Assembly: GCA_963815195.1 (NCBI GenBank)
Contig: CAWFGE010000015.1
Location: 672,001-736,000 of the forward strand
DNA: 64,000 nucleotides
From: an uncultured Planctomycetaceae bacterium
GTDB lineage: Bacteria; Planctomycetota; Planctomycetia; Planctomycetales; Planctomycetaceae
Direction: 5' to 3'
Shown: piece by piece, positions 38,705 to 48,544 of the stretch
How the letters are laid out: each line of letters starts with the position of its first letter
How positions within the stretch are numbered: position 1 is the stretch's first letter
Program-made: the position numbers and the translations under genes
The notes under the pieces: model-generated
The model's database searches: none
Seen by the model: only the letters and a program-made list of their open reading frames with translations
What the model was told of the DNA's origin: nothing

Positions 38705-40833
38705 TCACCGGCCGTTGCGGTTGAGTTTCGCGGCGTCCGGTTCGGCAAGGGCGCGGTCGAAGATCGCCGCTTCGTCAAGCCGGCCTTCCCAGTTGGCGTG
38801 GTTGTCGCTGCGGCCGCCGAGGAAGACGGTCTCAGACCCCGCGGGAAAATCGGCGGGCGTTTGGGCTTCGATCTCCAATCGGCCGTTGAGATACACCCGC
38901 ACGTTTTCGCCGTCGCGGACGAAGACGACGTGCTGCCAATCCCAGCGGGGGACGACGGTTTTGCCCGCAAGGATGGTTTTCGGATCGTCGCCGTGGAAGA
39001 AAATCAATTGCCCGGCGTGGCCGCTTTTGCCGCCAATGCCCAGATGATCGGACCACAGGCCGAGGCCGTTGTTCGTGCCCCGCGAGAAGAACCAGCCGCT
39101 CTCGTCCCGCCCGTCGTTGGGCATGCCGTTCCAGAGCCAGAGCGAAACGGAATACGCATCGCCCAGCTTCGGCACCCGGCCTTCGACGCGTCCGCCCACG
39201 AACATCGCGGCCCGGTTCGTTTCCTTCCCTTTGCAAAACTGATCGGAGCGCGGGCCTTCCAGAGAATAGGTCACATCGGGTTCGTAGATCCCGTCGCAGT
39301 GCCGGCCGCTGGAATCGATCGCGCGGGGCCGGCGAACTCATCCAGCCGCCACCACGCCGCGGGTTTAAGTGATGCGATCGCGTCGGCGGCGGGGCCTTGG
39401 CTCTGGCGGTATTCGCGGCGGGGTTGGCCTGAGATTTTTTCCAAAAGCTCGATGCATGCCTCGGCGATCTTCGGCTCGGCGGTGACTTCCAAACCGGCCG
39501 ACCGCGCCGCCCAGGTATTGTAGCCGCCGAAGCGGTGCTGCTCGGGCGGCGGGATGTAGCCGTCGCCTCCGTTGGCCAACTCGATGACGACATTGTGTTT
39601 GAGCGGACTGGCGGCTTTAATTTTGAGGCCCGTGATCGCATAGGTTTCCGTGGGCGTGGTGGCGATGCCGATGTCGCCGATCCGCAGCCCCTGCACGACG
39701 ATCTCGGTCTCTTGCCGTTCGTCGAGAAACAACTGCTCGCGGGCGTAAACTTCGGTCTGGGACTTGGGCAGGCGGTCGCCCATTGCCTCGACGATTCGCT
39801 TCGCCCATTCGAGCCGCTGTTGGTCGGGCACGCGGTATTTCAGCGTCATCCGTCTTTCCGCCATCGCGAGGTCCGCGTCTTCGCGGTACTCGATGCCTTG
39901 ATAAATCCGCATCGCCACGTCCAACAGGCCTTCGGTGTATTCCTCAATCGTGAGGTTCGGATTCCAGCTTTCGGGCTTCGTATAATCCCTGCGCCAGATG
40001 TCGCCGCTGCAACCGTGCGAGAGGAGGCCGACGAAGTGGCTGTCCGGGGCGATGCGTTGTTTGAGGCCTTCCGAGAAGCGGCCGAAGTAATCCGCGCTGA
40101 TGTCGCGGTCGCTGAAGTAGTGCATCGAAAAATTCCCCAGCACCGCGATCGGCCGGCCGTCCGCAGATTGAATCGAAACCAGCGACAGGTCCGGATCCTC
40201 GGGGCCGGATTCGCCGGTGACATCGTCCCACACGCGGCCGGCGTGCATCGACGCCCGCACCGTGCGGTTGCCGAAGGGATCTTCGGCGATCCGGTCGGGC
40301 CGGCGAATCCAGCGCTCGAGCGCGGTGAACTCCGCCGCGTTCCCTTTGCCGAAACCGACTCTCGCGGGCTCCAATTTGGAAACCGCCGACGCGATCGCAT
40401 CCACGAGCTTCAGCTTGAGCAGCGGGACGTATTCGGGATCGGCATTCGTGCCGAGCGCTCCCATGCAGGACGGCGCGGAGTGGGCATGGGTCGCCGAGAT
40501 CAAAATGCGATCGGCGGGAATCCCCGTGCGTTTGGAGGCGAGGGCCTTGGCTTCATCGAGCAGCGGCCGGGGCATCATGCAGCTATCGACGACGACGATC
40601 GCCAGTTGCGTCTTGCCGTCGGACAGCGCCAAAGCCCGCGCGTGGACCCGCGTATTGATCTTGCCGATGCTCCGGCTGAGCATCCCGCCGTTGACGAGTA
40701 CCGGGAGCTTGGTCGGCGTGACATCCACGACCGCCGCGCCCGCCTGGAACTCCGCCAACACCGGCCGGCTCGACCCTGCAAGCGCCAAGACCACTCCGAA
40801 CAAAAGTCTTCGCGAAAAAAAGCACGATGTCAC
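38705..40833 (-). CDS. Neutral-ceramidase-like secreted hydrolase + C-terminal LamG domain (frameshift near 39290)
   Basis: AGAAVVDVTP, ILISATHAHSAP, NFSMHY, ISADYFG, ELANGGDGYIP; then AWWRLDE and WQHVVFVRDG..WEGRLDEAAIFDRAL. Confidence 0.82.
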
Positions 40834-41002
40834 GGCTTTCCCTCCAGATTCAAAATGCAAACCAGGCAATGCGGAAATCCCTTCGAGTATAATCCCGAAC
40901 CGCCCGCATGACGATGAACCGCGCACGATCCGCTCAGAGCATGCTTGAAAATCTGAGCGGTCGGCGCTAGCCTCACGTTTCGATGGGCTTCGATGAAAGG
41001 AT

Positions 41003-41497
41003 TTATTCGGACCGCGTGTTGTACTCCACATCAATCGCCACCAAGAGCAACACCGCGAAGGCATAGACCAACAGCGCCACCGTCGCTCCACCGACCAGGA
41101 TCCCAAAGCAGTTGTAAACGACGTACCGCCTCAAGGGGCCGGCTTCGGTTTTCATCACGATTTGCCCCATCTCCGCCAGCATCACGAAAGTTATTAAACC
41201 GATCAGCGCGGAGAAGATTTTCAAGATGAGCGAAAGCGTGCGGAGTTCCTCGTGCCGCCGGCGTTTTACGGGACGCGACGGGGCGGCGGAAACGGGAAGT
41301 CCGGGATCCGATGCCATGCGGTAATCCGCGAACTCCATTTCCGGTTCGGGGGCGGCACGCGTCAGCGGCGGCGGAACCCGCGGCCCGGCGGCCGACTTTT
41401 GACACTGGGGACACAACTTCGGGCGGGGTTTGTCGTCCGGCACCGCAAACTTCCGGCGACATCCCGGACACTCCCATTCCACGCGCTCGACGGCCAT
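41003..41497 (-). CDS. Zn-ribbon + two-TM membrane protein
   Basis: WECPGCRRKF..LCPQCQK, Pro-rich linker, two hydrophobic helices, ends IDVEYNTRSE. Confidence 0.65.
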   Translation of the reverse strand: MAVERVEWECPGCRRKFAVPDDKPRPKLCPQCQKSAAGPRVPPPLTRAAPEPEMEFADYRMASDPGLPVSAAPSRPVKRRRHEELRTLSLILKIFSALIGLITFVMLAEMGQIVMKTEAGPLRRYVVYNCFGILVGGATVALLVYAFAVLLLVAIDVEYNTRSE

Positions 41498-41764
41498 AAC
41501 AATTTGCCACTTCCAAAAAGGCGAATAAAAACCGATCACAAACAACTCCCTATTTAACGGAAAGCGATCGCCCATGCCAAGAAAATCGAGCGAATGTTCC
41601 ATCGCCGGCCGCAGCGTTCGCCATGCCGGTGGATTCGCGGCAGCCGGTTTTCTTTGGCTTCCAACATTTGACTGAAAACCTAAGGGACTGAGATAGTATG
41701 GAGTGTACGGTTTCTCTTGTGTTTGCTGCTGTGATCGATGTGCTGACCGAATCCGATCGACTCG

Positions 41765-44700
41765 ATGCCCAACTTTTCTTTTCAGTTCCACACGCTGCTT
41801 AATGAATTGGACGAACAGGACCAACAGGCGATTTTGGCCGGCGTCTTGTTTTACCCGGAAATCTCTGCGATCGGAAAGAACCAGGCGGCGGTGCGGCGTC
41901 AGCTTGTCCGGCAGATCAAACACATCGTCGGGGAAGGCCCGCCCAAGGATCTCTGGCGGCGGCGGGCTTTGGCGGAACCGCCGGTCGTGCGAACGATTTC
42001 GCTGACGCTTGAACCGCCTCGGAAACAAATCGCCTGGCGGTCGCCGGTGGAGTTGACGTTTCAGGTCGTCCCCTGGCGGCATGCGGAATCTTTTTGGCTG
42101 GCTTATGTCCCGGTTCTGGGGATCGAAGTCTTCGCGGACTCGGAAGCGGAACTCTTGGAACTCGTTCCGCGGCACATCGAGTTTGCCCTCAAGCGAAAAG
42201 GCATGACGGAATCGCTGGCTCCCTTGATCGCGCTGGAGCGGGTGGGGGCGCTCAAGTTGCTGACGATTCAAGAACACATCACGCTGCCGACGCCCAAAGA
42301 GATCGAAAAAGCCGAAGGAGAGCAGAAGCCGAAATCCACGCTCAAGGAAGTCGCCACGCGGATGTCTTCTTTGAAGCTTCCGCCGGCTTACGAAATGGAA
42401 TCGACGTTACAGCAGTTGGCGGAGCTTTTGGGCGGATCTCAGCCGCGAAGCATCCTCCTGGTGGGGCCGTCGGGCGTAGGCAAGACCGCGGCGGTTCAGG
42501 AACTCGTGCGCTCCCGGTCCCAGTTCGGATTGGGGGATAAAGAGTTCTGGACCAGCAGCGGAGCCGCGGTTTGTGGGCGGGACCTCGGGGTTCGGCATGT
42601 GGCAGGAGCGCTGCCGATCCCTCTGCGAAGAAACCAAGCGCCGCAAGAACGTGGTGCTGCATCTGGGATCGCTGTTGGAACTGATGGAAGTCGGGCGCGG
42701 CGGGGGGTGCGGGCAAGGCGTCGCGGACTTTCTCCGCATGCCGATGGACCGCGGGGAGATTGTGATCCTCGTCGAATGCACGCCGGAGCAGCGCGTGGTC
42801 GTCGAACGCGAATCGCCGGGCTTGTTGCGTTCGCTCGCCGAGGTCCGCGTGTTGGAGCCGCCCTTGGAAACGGGGCGAAAGATCTTAAAATCGTCCGCCG
42901 ACGCAAGGGCCGCGCGGAAACAAGCCGCGCTCAAGCCCGATGCCTTGGAACGGCTGGATCGGCTGCACCGCCGATATGCCACGTATTCGGTTTATCCGGG
43001 CCGGCCTTTGCGGTTTTTGGGAAACCTGCAAGAAGACACGCCGGCGGACCACACGATCTCGGCTCAAGATGTGATCGCGGCTTTTTCGCGCGAGACGGGT
43101 TTGCCGCGATCGCTGCTCGATGAATCGCAGCCTCTGGATCTGGACGACCTCCGGGCCTGGTTTTCGGGGCGAGTCTTCGGGCAAGGTCACGCGGTGGATT
43201 TGATTGTCGAATTGATCGCGGCCGTCAAAGCGGGGATGACGCAGCCCGACCGCCCGATCGCCTCGCTGCTCTTTATCGGTCCCACGGGCGTGGGCAAGAC
43301 GGAAATGGCCAAGACGATCGCCGAGTTTTTCTTCGGGGACCGAGAGCGATTGATCCGCATCGACATGAGCGAATACGCCGACCCCTTTGCGGTGGATCGA
43401 CTGATCGGCGGGCGGTTTCAGAAAGAAGGCGTGCTCACGTCGCAAGTTCGCGACCAGCCGTTCGGCGTGGTGCTGCTCGATGAATTTGAAAAAGCCGACC
43501 CCAGCCTGTTCGATTTGCTGCTCCAGGTTCTGGGCGAAGGCCGGCTGACGGATGCCTCCGGCCAACTCGCCGACTTTCGCAATTCGGTGGTAATCATGAC
43601 GTCCAACCTGGGCGTCGAGTCCACCGGCAAAGCGGGATTCGGCTTCCGGGACGATTCGGAAAACCCGCTCTTCCTTCGGCAGCATTTCACCGAGGAAGTC
43701 AAAAAGTTTCTCCGCCCGGAGCTTTACAACCGCATCGACCGCATCGTCGATTTCGCCCCGCTCGATCAAAACACGCTCCGCGGCATCACCCGCCGGCAGC
43801 TTGAGCTTCTCCAAGCGCGCGACGGCATCCAATACCGCGGCGTGGCGTTGTGTGTCGAGGACGGCGTGCTCGATGAATTGGCCGCGAAGGGATTTGATCC
43901 GCGCTACGGCGCGCGGCCGCTCAAGCGGGTTATGGAACGCGAACTCTTGAAACCCTTGGCCGTCGGCATCAACCGCTACACGGGGAATCATCCGCTCGCA
44001 GCCCACATCGATTGGGCCGAGGGCGTTCGGGTTCAGGTCAAAGCCGTCCCCGCCGAGCCCGGCACGCGGGTCAATCGGTTGGGCGTGGCCGCGAACGACA
44101 CCGCGGCCCAATTCGCCAAAGACCTGGCCACGCTGCGCCGCAAGGTGCTGCGGTTGGAAGGCTCCGTGACGACGTTGGAGTTCCAGAACGAACTGTTCCG
44201 CCTGGAGCAACAACGCGGCCAGCGCATCAAACGCAGCCTGCGACCCGACGGGGAACTCGAAGCCCGCTGGAAAGAATTGCACGAACACCTCGCCGCGATG
44301 AGCCGGTGCATCCAGGATGTGACGCATCTCGAGGACGATGTGCTGATGGCGATCTATCAAAACCAGGAAGTCGATCTGACGGATTCCCGCGAGATGTTTG
44401 GGGAGTTGGAATCCCTTTGGCAGGAGGTCCTGTGGTCGGCCTATGCCGCGACGCTCGATCGGAAGACGAGAGATCAAATCACGCTCGTGATTTATGCGGA
44501 AGACACCGCCGCGTTGATCGAACTCGCCGCCGCGTATCGCGCCCTGATCGAAAAGCGAGGCGACCTGGTGCGGTGGATGGGGTTAGTTTCGGCCCAAGGC
44601 CATTCCAAGCCGAAACTGGCGGACGGTCAATCCTGGATCGGAAAGATCAAAGTGAGCGAACCCAGCACGCGGTTGATCGGTCAGTCATTCAATCAGGATT

Positions 44701-45071
44701 GGAAGGCGGCTTTCAAAGCGGCTCCGAAGTGCGTGGGTCTCGGCCTGCGAATCACGGGCAAGTTGGCGTTTCCGCTGTATCATCTGGAGCAGGGCGTGCA
44801 TTTGATCTCGGCCGATAGGCACGGGCACCGGTGTTATGTCGATACGGCCCTCGCGGATTACCCCAAGTATCAACCGCCTTACAATGTGGACCGCAAAGGC
44901 TTTGCCGACGATCAAGTCAAACGCCGAACTTACAACAAGAATGCAAACAAAGTGGAAGACCATTGGCTCGACAAGGAACAGTTTTGGGACGGGGTGGTGC
45001 TCGAGGAACCGCTTATCGAACTCGTGGAAGCCCGCCTTCAACTCGACGCCGACGAGCTACTGGCCGAGTGA
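41765..45071 (+). CDS. Divergent ClpA/B-type double AAA+ ATPase 1 with release-factor-like C-terminus (frameshift near 42565)
   Basis: D1 GPSGVGKT; D2 [54 protein letters not shown]. Confidence 0.88.
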
Positions 45072-45098
45072 CGGGCGATAGGATGGGATGATTTGCCA

Positions 45099-48000
45099 AT
45101 GGAAGTTTCGGTTCCGATCTTGGTGCTCTCGACACGAAGGCCCGGGGAGAAAACGCCCACGTACATTTTGCGGCCGGTGTTTTTCCCTGCGCCGGAAACG
45201 CGGGATTACAACCTGGGGCGAGGCACCGCCAAATTGGCCGCCAGCTTGAGGAAGCTGCTCAAGCAGTTGGCGGAGGCCGGCAAGCACGAACGCTTTTCCC
45301 AGTACATCTATGCCCCGCCGTTGGAAGGGCAGCGGCTCAAGCTGACGTTGGAACTGAAGCGCTCGACCGAGAAGCCGGTGTTCTACGCGGTCTCGCTCAG
45401 GGCGCTCGATCGCCAGATTGCGTGTTTCCCGATGCTGCCGGGCGTGTGGTTCGAGATCCCGAAGGACGGGAACGAGAGCCTGCACGACCGGGCGACCGCA
45501 GTGCTCACGGAGTATTTCCGCAAATTGGAGCGGGAAGAAGAGACCGTCGCTCCCATTCTTCGCCGGGCTTCGCTGGACGGCAAAGCCTGGCTGACCACGG
45601 TGGAATTTGACGTGGAAACGGCCCCCGATCTCAAGAAGGCATCGTCGCTGTTGTTCGCCGCGTTGTTCGCGGGCGAGTCGATGGACGGGGCGACCGAATT
45701 GGACAACACCGGCCGCGATTTGGATTTGCTGTATCCGGACGACCTGGCCCGCAGCCTCTGCCGGGAACAAGAAGCCGAGGAGCTCACGCGATTGCTCGCC
45801 GCCCGCGACCGCCGGCCGGTGCTCGTGCTCGGTCCGCGGACGGTGGGCAAGACCGCGCTCGTTCACGAAGCGGTCTATCGAAAAGTCCAGCAGCAAACCT
45901 CCCGGTTTCGGAACCGCCGGCATACGTGGCTGTTGTCGCCGCAGCGTTTGATCTCCGGGATGAGCTACGTCGGCCAATGGGAGAACCGCCTGCTCGCGAT
46001 CCTCAAAGAATGCCGGAAAAAAGACCACATCTTGTACTTCGACGATCTGGTGGGGTTGTTCCGCGCGGGAGTCTCGCGGGATTCGGACCTGGCGGTGGCG
46101 CATGTGCTCAAGCCGATTCTGGAACAGCGGCAGGTGCGGATCGTGGGCGAAGCCACGCCCGCCGGGTTCCGCGTGCTGCGGGAACTCGACCGCGGGTTTG
46201 CGGATTTGTTTCACGTCATCTCGCTCCAGGAGCCCGATCAAGAAACGTCTTTGCGAGTGCTGCTCAGCGTGATTCGCCAGTTGGAACGGCGGTCTCGCTG
46301 CCAATTCGATCTGGAAGTGCTGCCGACGGTGATGGATTTGGCCCGGCGGTTTTCGCGGGAGCGGGCGTTTCCCGGACAGCCGGCGTTGATGCTCACGCGG
46401 CTCGCTTCGAGACATCCCGGCACGACGATTACCCGGCAGATCGTGCTCAAGGACTTCGAATCGCAAAGCGGCTTGAAGATCGCCTTTCTCGATCCCGCCG
46501 AGCGCCTCCGCCGGGAGGACATTCTCGCGGGCATCGAGCAGATGATGGTCGGCCAGAAACCCGCGCTGGAAGCCGCCGCCGATGTGATCTCGATTGCCAA
46601 AGCCCGCATCAACGATCCCGAACGGCCGTGGGGCACATTTTTGTTTCTCGGCCCGACCGGCGTGGGCAAGACGCAGTGCGCGAAGGCCATTGCCAATTAT
46701 CTGCTGGGCAGCCCCGACCGCATGATCCGCTTCGACATGAACGAGTTTCTTTCGCCCGGCGATGTGTCGCGGCTGGTGGGGACGCTCGATCAACCGGAAG
46801 GGCTCTTAACCTCGGCCATTCGCCGGCAGCCGTATTCGGTGGTGCTCTTGGACGAAATCGAGAAAGCCCATCCCGCCGTGTTCGATCTGTTGCTGCAGGT
46901 GCTGGGCGAAGGCCGATTGACCGATGCCCTGGGCCGGACCGCCGACTTCCGCAACGCGGTTTTGATTCTCACCTCCAACCTCGGCAGCCAGCAGGCGGAA
47001 AACTCTGTGGGGTTCCAGCCCAGCGAGATGTCCAAGCATCAAATCTACGTGGCGGCGGCGGAAAGATTTTTCCGCCCGGAGTTTTTGAACCGCTTGGATT
47101 TTCTGATTCCCTTCGATCGGCTGACCAAGCCGGAGATTCGCGAGATTTCCCGCCAGGCGGTGGAAGCACTCGGCGAACGGGAAGGGTTTGTGCGGCGGAA
47201 GTGCATTTTGCATCCGGACGATTCGGTGCTCGATTACGTGATCGCGCGGGGATTCGATCCGCGGTGGGGCGCGCGGGGCGTCCGGCGGATGATCGAGAAG
47301 GATTTGATTCGCCCGGTCGCCGCCGCCCTCGCGAAAACGCCGCCCGCCGGACCGACCGTGGTGAGCCTGTGGGCCTGTGACGATTCCATCCAAGTCGATG
47401 CCAGCACGCTGACGGAAATCGATCCGCTGCCCCGCTGCCGAGGCCAGTTTTCGCCGGACGCCTCCGAGCCGACGTTGGAGCGAATCCGCGCTCTCCTCAA
47501 GCGGCTCTTGGAAACCTGCCAGGCTCATCGGCCTTCCGGTCCCATGACGTCCGGCAACATTCGGCCGGAGCAGTTCCATTACCTCGCGATGGTCGAGGCG
47601 ATCAATCACCTGGAAACCCGCTGCCAGGAACTCAAGGAGCATTTGGGGGCCGGCGCGATCCACAACCGGCTCTCGGCGGACAGGGCGCTGCGCGGGGATT
47701 CAAATCTCCGGCCGGCGGGCGGGGCGGACGCATGTCTGGCGAAGTTGGGACACGCCGAGGCGTCGCATCATGCACGAAATGCTGACCGCCGACGACGTCC
47801 ACGATTATCTCCACGAAGTTTCCAGCGGCTCGGCGACTCCATGATCCCGCCGACGCGTTGGAGCCGCTCATCTCGCAACTGGCATTGCTCGACGTCCTGA
47901 CGCCGGCGGACGAGGGTTGGCGGCACGAGCACGTGCTGGCTGTTGTGCGGGGTTTGCAGTCCTCGCCCGTGGCCAGAAATCGCCTGCTCCGGATGTTGCC

Positions 48001-48538
48001 CGAAGCTTTTCAGTTTTCCCATTTCGGCGAAGACGCCCTCGCGGACTTGGGGTTGGAATCGCACGCCGCGCATTGGGATGTGAAAGATTCTCAAGACGCC
48101 GGCCTCGAGCTCTCGGAAGCGGCCCGGAAGCTTATGGCGGAAGTTCGCTGTGATGTGATCGGCTTCGAAGGACTGAATGCGATGCGATTGTTGTCCGGCG
48201 AAGGGGGCACGCACCTGTGCGTGCTGGCATCGGGGCGGTTGATCCCGTTTCAAGTCGAGCTGCGTATTGTTCCCGAAGACGCGACGGCGGATGATGTGAT
48301 TCGGTCCGTGCTGGCGGAGCATCTGGATTGGCTCAAGTCCCGGCGGTCGCAACCGGCCGCCGACAGCGATCCGCTTTTCTCTTTGAAGCCCGCCGTGCGG
48401 ATTTATGATGAGCGGGGATTGATTCTCGATTTTGCCACCGGACAGGCGTTGGAAGAGGTGAACCTGTCCGCTCCGCGGTTGCTCAAGGATTTGATTCTAG
48501 CCCGCCTGCCTTTGCCCGCGGAACTTGTGACAGGTTGA
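45099..48538 (+). CDS. Divergent ClpA/B-type double AAA+ ATPase 2 with release-factor-like C-terminus (frameshifts near 47722 and 47840)
   Basis: D1 GPRTVGKT; D2 [49 protein letters not shown]. Confidence 0.88.
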
Positions 48539-48544
48539 ACTGCC

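Noticed and set aside
42540..42600. Programmed ribosomal frameshift in ATPase 1 (and other genes)
   Set aside because: No slippery heptamer is evident, and similar indels hit many unrelated genes, which favours sequencing error.
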